From NCBI GenBank assembly GCA_046563655.1, contig CM102288.1:3782001-3846000 (forward strand): a stretch of 64,000 bases of DNA. The letters are read 5' to 3'. The notes beneath the pieces were generated by a model. That model ran no database searches, was not told the origin of the DNA, and saw only the letters and a program-made list of their open reading frames with translations. This DNA comes from Yuukianura sp. NJ FZ-2021 (taxonomy: Eukaryota). A program made the translations under genes and the position numbers. Of this stretch, positions 1 through 11,070 are shown piece after piece. The stretch's first letter is position 1; every line of letters begins with the position of its first letter.

Positions 1-172
1 TGGTTGAAATTTTTTATTGATTTTTTTTAACACGTTTCAATTACGTAAACTTTATTCAGGTGTTTTTAATTAATTAACAGTTGACAGTCCCCAATTGAGT
101 AACTCTCTCATTTCAGGTCGATAAACTTGAAAAATACCGAGGTATTTCGAAGAAACAAGCGGCGAAGGCAGT

Positions 173-3100
173 ATGGACGCCGCCAATAAAAGTCAGGCAT
201 TTGCAGATGCACTGGCCCGAGCTCGTCAGGTACTTAACTTAACTTACTAACGTAATAGATGAGTAGTTAAGCCAAGTATTTAATGCTAATTAGTTTCTTG
301 TCTAAATAGCTGGCAGCAAAACTTGGAGCATCGAATCCAAATGGAGCTGTGGGAGGATCGGCCACAAGTCCCGGGCAAGGTGGAGGGTCAGTTGTGACTG
401 GAGTGAAACGAGGATTTGATGACTACCAGTCTCCGGGTAAAACGGCCTTGAAAAATACGTATTTACTACGTTCGGAAGTAAATTCCTTGAGGCCGAAGTC
501 TTTTACTTCGGTCTCCATGTTGCTTCCAATAAAAAATTCCTAACGGGATGCGGAGGATTCGCTAACACCATTTTCGTATAAATGGAGTTTGATAGTAGAC
601 CTCCGCACAGTCAATTCATATCTGTAACTCTATCTCTAATCTACATTGCTATTTCCTAATTGATAATTGATCACTCTTTACAGAAAGAGATGTGAAGAGA
701 TTGGCCGGAAATGCAGCTTTATCTGACCCCTTCGGAGCTCAGCTTGCTGCGATGAAGGGAGTTGTTGGAGGTGGGAATATCAGCATGTCCGGTATGGGAA
801 TCAAGACTGGCTTAGGAATCAGTGGAAGCGGAAAAGCATGTACCGAAGAGATTAGAATTCCAGACCCTCTCGTTGGGCTCAGTAAGAAACCCATCAATCA
901 ATCATTTAAGTTAAACATGAATTGATTCTGACTGATTTTTATTAATTAGTAATCGGTCGTGGAGGAGAACAGATTAACAGGATTCAAAACGAAGCAGGCT
1001 GTAAAGTTCAGTTAGCTCCGGACACTGGGTCAGGTCAGGACAGACCATGTCACCTTCAAGGAACCAAGGAAGCTATCGAGTAAGTTACCTCGCTCTTACT
1101 TTGGCATTGTAAGTTGCCCATATAAAGCCAGGAGACTCCATGATTTATTGGAGATCAACTATGGAACTTGGGCAGAAATAAACCTGTCAGACTTTTTACT
1201 GCCGTCTACGAGTTGCATTCTCTTACGATGGAATCAAAGTCTTACACATTCTACTTTTCTACTGCAAATGAAGAAATGAATTGACATGAACTAATTAATC
1301 TGATGTGTAAAAGTTAATCTAATGATTAACTATTGTTGTGCTTTTTAGGAGAGCTAAGGAGATGGTGATGGAGATTGTGAGTTCGAAGAGTCATGAGATT
1401 GGGTCGAGTGGTCGTGGACCCCCAAAAGGTCCCCCTACTGGAACTCCCCAAGGGCAGGTACAGGTATTGTGACCACAGATTCAAAATACAGCTTAAGACC
1501 TTGACCTTCGCCTTATCGGGGTAACTTGAGACATTTTTGACGTAAATAGGTGGAGTTGATGATACCTGGGTCAAAAGTAGGATTGATTATCGGTAAAGGA
1601 GGAGAAACGATACGGAATTTACAAGACAAGTCCGGCACGAAGATGTTCATTCTGCAGGAAAACATGTTCGAGGAGTGTGACAAGCCGCTACGGATCGTCG
1701 GAGAGCCGGATCTCGTCGAAGTAACGATCCATTAGTCGGTCCGCTTGGACTCCCTTTAGTGTTTCTCTCTTTTGGTTTTCAGCATGCTCGTCAATTGGTT
1801 TTGGAATTAATTAGTGAGAGTCCAATGAAACAAGACTATGGAAAAGGAAAGAGCGAATATGGAGGTGGGGGGTTCGTCGGCGGCCCTGGAACGCAGACAA
1901 TGAAGTTTCCAGTTCCCAAAGTGTCTGTTGGTTTGATCATTGGCAAGGGCGGAGACATGATCAAGAGGATCCAGGTATCTTTAACATTAAGTTGACTAAT
2001 TGTTGACTGATTAATCCATTGAGGTAATTGAATTTTGGTTTTGTGTTTTAGGTTGAGACTGGTGCCAAAGTTCAGTTTGATCCGATCAACTCTGACATGG
2101 GAGACATGGATGAGCAGTTGGCTATTATCACAGGGAAGCCTGATCAGATTCGGTTGGCTCAACTGAAAATTGAAGAATTGGTGGAGACTGCTTTGTATGG
2201 CAAAGGAGGAGGGCCTGATCGACCTGAACGTGGCGGCGGAGGAGGAGGGCGTTGGGGTGACGGAGGAGGAAAGCCAAGGTTTGAAGGAGAAGAGGATCGG
2301 CTGACGGTTCCGGTGGGCAAAGTTGGAATGATAATTGGAAAAGGAGGAGAAACGATCAGAACGATCAACCAAACTTCGGGAGCCCACTGTGAAATTGACA
2401 GAAACTTACCACAGGATGGACCGGACAGAACTTTTGTCATAAGAGGAAATCGTCAGCAGATTGAACTTGCAAAGGAACTCATAAACGAAAAAGTCAATGC
2501 AGTCTTCCCACCAAAACCCGTAAGTGATTCAATACTTAAGTAGAAGTAGGTTCTGTGGCTTTCAAACTCAATGTTTTCTGTTGTTTAAGGATCGTCGAGA
2601 ACGTGGGGGTGGTGAATATGGAGGTCAAGGTCATCATCATCCAGGGAGTAACTGGGGTGGAGGCGGAGGAGGAGGCGGCTATGGAGGTCATGGAGGAGGA
2701 AGAGGAGACTGGAATGGAGGTGGAGGCCCTGGAGGGGATCCTTCGAAAGATCCAGCAGCGGTTCATGCTCAAGCACAGTGGGCGGCTTACTATGCCCAAT
2801 GTTATTCCCAGCCTCAACAAAGTCAACAACGTGAGACTTTCTGGAATCTCAAAGTCTTATAAAAATATTTTGAAATTGGAGTTTTCAAAACATTTTTTTT
2901 TTTGCTTTTGTGTGCAGCAGCTGGAGAAGGTGGTGCTGACTATACTCAGCAGTGGATTGAATACTTGCGAGCTCAAGGGAACCACCAGCAAGCGGACTTG
3001 TTAGAACAGCAGTCTAAGGCAGCCAAAGGAGAAACTGCTACTGCCAGTACTCCAGCTCAACCTGCTTCCAGTGCCCCCGCTGTCGACTACAGTCAACAGT

Positions 3101-3467
3101 GGGCAGAGCACTACCGATCCATCGGTAATTCACACAATTCCTCACTAAAAATTATGAACCTGCTAATTCATGCTTCAATTTTGTAGGGAAAATCAAGGAA
3201 GCTGAAGAAATTGAGGCTTACATCAGGTCGCAAAAGGTAAACAGTTCCACCAGCATCAAGAAATACTTGGAAGTATTTATGTTTTCGATTTCATACTGTA
3301 CTGTAACCATGGTTTCACAGGGTGAAGCTAAACCAGATGACAGAAGTGGCAGTAGCGGAGGGCCAGGAGCTGAGTCAAGCTACAACTACTATTCTTCCTA
3401 TGGAAATGGACAAGGAGGATCCAGTTCACATCAAAAGTCAGCTTTGACACCGCCAGGAGAATCCTAG
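173..3467 (+). CDS. FUBP1: Far upstream element-binding protein / P-element somatic inhibitor (4 KH domains, C-terminal Tyr-rich AB repeats), multi-exon
   Basis: N-terminal AFADALARARQLAAK. Four KH GxxG loops: IGRGG at ~952 and IGKGG three times. C-terminal DYTQQWIEY and DYSQQWAEHYRSIG repeats. GT-AG introns join these in frame. Confidence 0.93.
474..612 (+). ncRNA. Intronic box H/ACA snoRNA (FUBP intron)
   Basis: Hairpin 1: GGAAGTAA/TTGCTTCC with upper stem AGGCCGAAGT/ACTTCGGTCT. H box ATAAAA at 529-534. Hairpin 2: GCGGAGG/CCTCCGC followed by ACA at 607-609. The 3' pocket is complementary to the conserved 28S sequence UCUACUAUCUAGCGAA. Confidence 0.88.
1114..1250 (+). ncRNA. Intronic box H/ACA snoRNA (FUBP intron)
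   Basis: Hairpin 1: TTGCCCA/TGGGCAG with inner CTCCA/TGGAG. H box AAATAA at 1176-1181. Hairpin 2: AGACTTT/AAAGTCT followed by ACA at 1244-1246. It sits in an intron much longer than its neighbours. Confidence 0.78.
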
Positions 3468-5647
3468 CTCCGAAAATTCCCGCTACACCGTGGAGAACCT
3501 TAGGAATTGGGTAAGATACTTCCGCTTTTGGCTCACTTCCCCCTCGGTGACAGGTCAGTACAGGTCAACCTCCATCAGAGACTGACATGCCTCGACCCGA
3601 GGGAGGAACGAGCTAGGCCGTTTAGCAACGCGGCGGCCAGTGATTATTAGATGCTGTGATGCTCAATTTTTGATGATTTGAATTCATGTTGATTTTGATT
3701 GATGATATTTGACTGATGATGATAATGTTGATGCATTGATTTTGAAATGTAAATTGTAATGTTTGATGACGATGAAGCGGAGAGCATAAGGTGGCCAGTG
3801 GTGGCCATGTCAGGATGGACTCCTGCTTTGATTTGTCGTTTCCTGTCTTTTCCTCTCTTCCAGGTTCAATGTCTTCTTGGTTTCTGATGATGCCTATTGA
3901 TGATGATGATGAATGAAATTGTTTCTCCTAATGTAACTTTCTTTAGAGAAATCTTGACTTGATTAGAGGAGACATACTGGCCCACTTCTGGATTCCGAAG
4001 GACAAGTGTAGTGTACAAGTGTAAGTAACTTCAAGGAAATATCCAGAAATATCTAAATATTTATTCTAATTGTTCAGCTCATACATTCTTATGATTAATT
4101 CTTATATTATTGATTGACAATTTATGGAGGGTATTATGTAGTTGTGTATTGTGGATGCTATGTATTTTTTTTTTCGTTTTATCGACGTCTGTATTCAATT
4201 CACGTTCATTCCACCAAGAGAAAGCGGGTTGAGTGCTCTATCGGAGACTATTATGTTCCAGGGGGGCTTTTAGCCCAATTGTTCAACTCCATTCTTGACC
4301 TATGACCGTATAATTCATTAAAGCTTCAATAAAAGTTTTCTTTAATTAATTGTTGAATTGCAGAAGTTTAATTGTTGCTGCGAGCATCGGTAATCCTAAT
4401 CAGAGTATTGGTCAACCTCCGGCGGCGGGTTTTGATTCAGACGCTGGAAAACCGGAGATGGGGGGTGGTTGGTGGTGGACTTTAGGAAGATAGCAACGCC
4501 GCGAGTGTCCCCCAAAAATGTGATGTACTTTGTTTACTTTCGTATTCAAACACAACAGGTAAATATTTCAATTGAACAATAGAAATTGAGAATAAGTTAT
4601 ATTAGTTTAATTATTACTAATTAAGTGGTTATTTACCATGTATTAGAGGGCATTTGAGATGTGAAGGTTTACAAATGCCGCTCATTGAGATCGGAGCAGG
4701 GGGTGGGTAGGAAGTTAGGGTTGTGGGTTTTGTACCATCCGATTCTGATTCATCTTTCGCAGCTTCACTTTTTTTCGTACTTTTTGAAGATCATCAAAGA
4801 AGAGTCAAGTGTGTTTGAGTGGGTTTTGAATTTTTGATGATCGTTGATTTTTTTTTCTGTACTAGGAGTTGTGCATTTTTCGGACGACGTTGCTGACAAT
4901 TCATCGCAATTAACTAATTATTGGTCAGTGACAGCGACAGGAACCTGAGTGGAGCTAAGAAGTCCATCAGCAAGCTAATCAAGTTAACTTATCGAGTTAG
5001 CTGAAGTTCTTATTCAGTTGCAATTGGAATGAGGTAAGTTGCTATTATTTTTAATTGATTCTTGTTTTAGTACTTTAGTTTGTAGTTGATCAGACGGTGC
5101 CCGGTAATCTCGCTCTCGATACATAATTTTCATCGAAACGTAAACCTTCCAGAAGTACCACGGTTCGGGACAGGTGACCTGTCACAGGTCGCTCGCTCGG
5201 GCATTTAGTTTGAAATATTATGTCGTAAGTATTACGACAGTTCAAAGATTAACTGGAGCTAATAGTCGCATGGGTTGTTTAGTTAAAAGTGCGTTTTCTA
5301 ATTGCCAAATGATGTGCGACATTTTGTTTAGCAGATTGTGCGGTTAAAACTGAAATCTGATTGCTACCTGCTGCTGCAGCGTCCCCGCGAGCCAAAGCCA
5401 ACACTAAATACTACGTGCGACTGCGATTACTGGTAAATTTCCAAGGGATTGCGTCAGCGTGTGCACAAAAATACTGCTAAACGCGAAACTTTGATTAAGC
5501 GGTAAGTGGTCAGGCATCGCTTGATCATAAACAAGGCACAACGCGATGACAGGTTTTGTCAGCAACGGTAACTGTACAAGCGATTCAAGGACGAGACTCA
5601 CAGAATATGTTATAATTTCAGGTGACATCAGTAGAAAGTAACTGGCG

Positions 5648-6901
5648 ATGGACGGCCAACTGGACGGAGGACATTCTACAAACGGTCAGGGTGACCACGA
5701 AGAGAGTGACGGGAAGTTCTGTCGTGACTTTATGCGGAATGTTTGTAACCGTGGCCAAAGCTGTCGATTCATTCATCCCATAGACATCAAAATCAAGACG
5801 GATCCAATCTTCTGCCATGACTTTCAACAGAGTAAATGCTTCCGTTCTACTTGCAAGTTTATTCATTGCAATCGAGAAGAGGAAGAGCACTACAAGGCAA
5901 CCGGAGAGCTTCCAGAAGGTTTTATTCCCGAAGAAATAACGTATCGGGCGGCTCCAAGTGGACGAGGAGGAGCTTCCGCTGCTGCTGCATGGGGGAAGAT
6001 GCCAAGAGGAGGTGGAATGGCTGGGAGAGGTCGGGGAGGGGGTCGTCCTAGTTGGCCAAATCCGGAAGAGGCTGAAATTCCAATGTGCAAGGACTACTTA
6101 AAAGGAGTTTGTGATCGACCACCAGGCGGTTGCAAGTTTCGTCACGTTGAAGAACCTACTCATAGTTACCGTGGAGGTGGGGCGGCTTTGAGTGGCCGCG
6201 GTGCAGCGGCTATGCCGATGGCACGAAGAAGACTTGCTGCTTATGGGTACGACGAAGCACCGGAAGCCAAACGATCCTATGATGGATACGGTGGACAACT
6301 TCGTCAAGCTACGGCGGAGTATGAAGAGTACTATGGTGAGTATGCAACTCCTCCACCTCCACCGCCACCACAATATAACTCATTGGCAGCATCCGGCAGA
6401 AACGAAGGTTACTTTTAAAAAAATAGCGCCAACTTTTTAAAAATAATATTTGAAAAAAATGTTTAAAAAATGTGTTATTTTTTGTTTGCAGCAGCGATGA
6501 AAGCAATTGAAGACGAAAACTTCATGCTAAAAAGACGAATTGAGGAGTTGAAGAAACAAGTGAGTGACCTCGTGGCGACAAACGAGTATCTCCTGTCACA
6601 AAATGCAACACTTCGCCTGAGTACGATGAACAATGCAGAGAAACAGGGTGTCGTTCCTGGAACGGTCAACGTCACGGCAGCATCTTTGGCCTCTTTGGTG
6701 TCAATGGCCCAACCAATGGGCCTCAACCCCGTGGCCGTGTCGCAATCTCTCTCTACCATGTCAACTCTTCCTTCTGTGTCCATGTCCATTGCTCCTGTGT
6801 CCATGAGTCAACCATTGGAAGCTGTTGTGAGCCTAGCTCAACATCAATCCACCGTCTACCCAATGGTCACCACTCAAGGAGTTCTTCCTCCAGGAAACTA
6901 A
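5648..6901 (+). CDS. ZC3H10: Zinc finger CCCH domain-containing protein 10-like, two coding exons
   Basis: Three CCCH fingers (CRDF..C..C..H, CHDF.., CKDY..) and the coiled coil ENFMLKRRIEELKKQVSDLVATNEYLLSQNA typical of ZC3H10. Intron at ~6409-6491. Confidence 0.88.
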
Positions 6902-9793
6902 AATCCTAAAGGTTTCGTCACTTCAACGAAAAACACACAAATTCTCATTAACTGGGCTCGGGATATCGTGCAAAATGCCATTGGATTTTGGAGCTGGACT
7001 TTGACTTTCTTATTTTCTGGGCCAATTCGTGGACGTTCTGCACAAATCCGGAAATTGCCGTTTTTAAGGTAACTCTCTTCGTTTTTTTAATTCTAAAGTT
7101 TCTCATCCTGATACGTGACAACACATGGAACTGTAAAAAGTTAAATTCTAGGTAAATATTGTGAAAATGTAGGTTAAGTTTTAGTCTTAAGTTGACGAAG
7201 TTCCCAGAGTGGAATGGGGTAAATTGACACCATGAGATTTTAGATTTTAGGTTAGAAGTAACTAGCATGTTAAATATCGTAGTTTTAGTTAACTTGATTA
7301 ACTCTGTTCTGAGTTAAATGACTTCAAAATCAATGCACTTGACATTGGAGACTTATAGAATATCAAGTAGAATTTAAAGTTATTGCACCAGCTATGCAAA
7401 TTTTTGCCCCCACAAACAAATTAACGTTTAAGTTAAGATCTTAGTGTGGAAAGATTTTACTTGACAATTATTAGTACAGTCTTGGTAATAATTACAACCA
7501 TAAATTAAGTTAAAAGTAATTTAAAAGTATAACATTTAACACTTTATGAGTACAATTTAAACAACCACCTCATAAGTGAATTTAGTTTAGGCAGTTTTGT
7601 TGTAAAACATTACTCTGTCTGGGTTAAAAACTTAACTGGATTAAGCATAACTAGCACAAATAGTTAGAAAAAATGTAGATTGTTTTAGAGAAGGCTGTTG
7701 TTTTTAAGATTCCGAAAAACTTCCATTTTATTGTAAAAATTAAAAAACAGAAAAGTTTTTTTAAAACAAAACAAAAAGCTAGTGAAAGTAGGAGAATACT
7801 TTCACTTGTGTGGAAAAGGTGTTAAGTGTATAATTAGGGAGATGAGAGGGTGTTGCCCTTGATGTTAATAACCAGAAAAACGTGTGTGTTTGTACTTTGA
7901 GGATTTTGATGAAATTTTGAAGCCGTTTTGTCTGTTGGGACAATTTTCTGAGTCAGTGGGTCAGTAGACGAAGAAGATTTGGAGGTTGAGACTGAAGATG
8001 AGTTCATTCATTGCTTTTTAGTTGCAAGTTCAAAGAGAAATTAAAAAAACGAGACACTTTTAATATTTTGAACCTTACCAGTTTCAATTTTTTGTTACAA
8101 AATTTCAAAAATGTAAGTCAATTCAATTCAAGTTTTGCGACATACAAATCTGATGTAGAGGGAAAAGTTTTGGTTTTGCAGGTGCAAAAATTTGAGGCGA
8201 TTGACCTCGGTTCTTTTTTTGAAGCAAAAAATGAGTTTCAAACTTGATTCATTCAAGTTTTTCTTATTTTAAACTTTTCAAAATTCAAAATTTCATGAAA
8301 GTTTTGTCTAAAACACAAAATTGGTAGCTAAAGTTTCTTATTTTCTTATCCTAAAGTACAATTTTTTGGCAACCTTTTTTTGTGTATAAGATGATCTTAA
8401 AGTTAAGTTTTTGATCTGTTGAATGAAATTTACCGAAAGGTGTGTGTAGAGTTACTTTTACGAAGAAATCTGTTCATTCTTCTCGTTCGGGTGCATTGTA
8501 CTAGCACGTTTTTCGCAAACAAAAAAGTTGCTCGGGGGTAAACTTTTTCGTACTTTTAATTTGCACATTGGAAGAGTAGTCGACGCATTTACTACACATG
8601 TACACACACACTATAGTAGACATTTGGCGGACGTCGCTCCCTTCCAGAACTTTTTAGTCACAAGAACCCCATTGATTTGCAATTTTTCATCTTACTTTTG
8701 ATTGTTATTGCTCACCACATTTAACAACAATGGATGAAAAAGAACAATGGAGTGGCCAACGGAATTTCGATATAAAACGAACAATAAAAGCCGCACCTTT
8801 CAATTTTTCAACCCCTAATCCTTTAAAATACACAAGCAGGGAAGAAGTCTTGGGAATTTGCAGCAAGCGAGTGATGTAATTTTGCATTTGCCAAAAACAG
8901 TTTAAAGACCACTTTTAAACTTGATGACACTTTGTGCAAAAACGGAAAAGCCAGAGGCAGTTTCTGTTAAAGTGGAGGTTACTTATGTAACAAAGGAAAT
9001 TGTCAACTGCAAAGTGGTCAGTTTGCTAAATTGGGCTCATCAAAATTGACATGCGTTGAAATTGTAACAAGTGCGGCAAATAATGGGTATCAAACTGTTA
9101 AGGGGAGCGGAAGTACTTTTACACAAATGACAAACGCTGTACAATTTCAAACTAACAATTACTGTACAAAAATGCAAGAAAAATTGTCATTTTCAGTTCG
9201 AATTCAGAAGAACGTAAAAAAAATCCCACGAAAAATAGAGAAAGTTTAAAGTTATGTTTCCAGTACCATTTTGAACGTGTGGGAGAAAAGCGTGGGAAAA
9301 GTTGAAAGTTGAACTATTTTTTTAATACATGAACATGGTTTTAGTTTAGTTTTAGAAGTGTCAACTAGAACAAGGGGTTGATTTTTTTTTTTTTGCAATT
9401 TTCAAAATTAAGGTTTCTGAAAATTTTGAATTTGAGGAAAGTTGACATTTGTTGACACTTGAGTCTCTCTTGATGTCATTTTTATTTGGTTTGCTGGATC
9501 ATCATTTTATTTGACAGATAGATGCGGAAGGGGTGAATTTTTTTGAGGTGTGCAATAATAGGGGAATGAATTGCACATTGCCAAAGATTTTTGCACCCTG
9601 CATCCCCCTCCCCTTTTGCGTTTGTTGGAAGATGAAGTTGCGAGAATTGGCATAAGAAACCTCTGCGTTTTCTGGCTCTTCATCTTCTCTCAAATACCGT
9701 AAAGATCCAAATAGTGACCCAATTCATATAAGTGCCTGTCCGAATTGTCTCTGGTCATTTCATTAGCGCGAATTCCACAAGCCGGCAGAGATT

Positions 9794-9851
9794 CAGTTCA
9801 ACTATTGACAACTTGCTGAATTCGCGCTTATTGTTTTCGCGATAATAACCT
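9794..9851 (+). repeat. Dispersed ~60-bp element, copy 1 (possible DNA transposon/MITE end)
   Basis: CAGTT..ACT..CAACTTGCTGAATTCGCGCTTATTGTTTTCGCG.TAAT.ACCT, shared with 12113-12170 and 60396-60453. Confidence 0.7.
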
Positions 9852-11070
9852 GCCACTGTCTAAACTGATGGAAGTTCATCGGGAAATACACATTATTCCG
9901 AATGCGCGAAAAAGTTTCAGCGATCAATCCAGTTATTGCGAAACTTTACAAGAAGTGCAAGTGTCGCCTTCGTAAGGTACAAGTTTATACTGTATGAGTT
10001 TAGCAAGTATGACTCTAGGTGTGAAGCTGGAGTTTTACGGTATTTCCCTGTGAGGCATAAATCCGGTTTTGAAAATTAGCAATTTAGAGGGAGAGGAGGG
10101 AGGGTGCTTAAACGAGTTTCTGCGGCATCTACAGCATCAAGTGCTTCTGCTGAAGGTGTCTTTAGAAATCTGTCTAAAATTCAATTGAATCTTCCCCAAT
10201 TCCTTCCTACTTTCAACCCAAGAATTCAATTCAAACTAACTCACACACAACTACAGCTACAAACCTAGCAAATTCACAATTTCAAAAAGTCGTCGCCATT
10301 TTTAAGCAGTCAGTGCCAATCTAGCCCAACTCTACCCGGTAAAGTAATGTTTTTATAAATTGTGTCTAATTGGTTATCCAAAATTTAGATTACACAAAAT
10401 AACGGTTTTTTGAAATCATCTAAAAAAGTTTTGGCTGTTGGAGAGAAAAACTTTTCAAAGAGTGCAATTGCAACTTTCGAGAGTTCGAAAAACGGCACAA
10501 CCAGGAACTTACGAAAAAGTAAACGGATCTGATCTACAACAGGTAAAGTACAAGCTTCATATTAAAATTACGATAAGTATCGAAAGTATCGAGATTTAGA
10601 AGAAAAATGAAGATTTTAACAAAAATTTGAACGCCTTGGCCAAAATTGGTTAACGCAGTGAAGTGAAGAAGCAGAAGGCTTCTAATCCGCTGATTTTGTT
10701 GTAATACTAATGAAACTTTTGGATTCATGTCAGTCTGCAACGACGTTTTGTGTTTTGCATTTCGTCTCTCATTTTTGCAACAATAAGCAATTAACGATGG
10801 ATTATCAGACATTTGAGTATCAAAATACTTTAAGTGGTCATCAATTATGAAATTGTAAGTTAACGTTAATTGTTAAGTTTAAGTAGTTGACAATTGTAGG
10901 TGGAGGGAAGGTGCCTGGTTGGTTTAAAGGAGTTCCATGCCCGGCGGATGTACTTGATGGCTCTCTTTCTGCTTCTTTGGTATCACTGAGAAGTTGCCAA
11001 ATTCCGGATTGTAGCCTCGGGGTCAATTGTTTGTTGGAATTGTTTTTTTGCGGAAAAAGAAGGCTTGGAT

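Noticed and set aside
1836..2829. Antisense and off-frame ORFs over FUBP (and likewise over ZC3H10, ARMC4, ITFG1, GLCE)
   Set aside because: Shadow ORFs of GC-richer or low-complexity coding exons.
3303..3316. X-box-like GTAACCATGGTTTC
   Set aside because: Imperfect right half, and it sits at an intron 3' end in a non-ciliary gene.
3640..3780. Box C/D snoRNA in the TGATGA-rich tract
   Set aside because: Many TGATGA/CTGA words but no terminal stem or recognisable antisense element; looks like low-complexity sequence.
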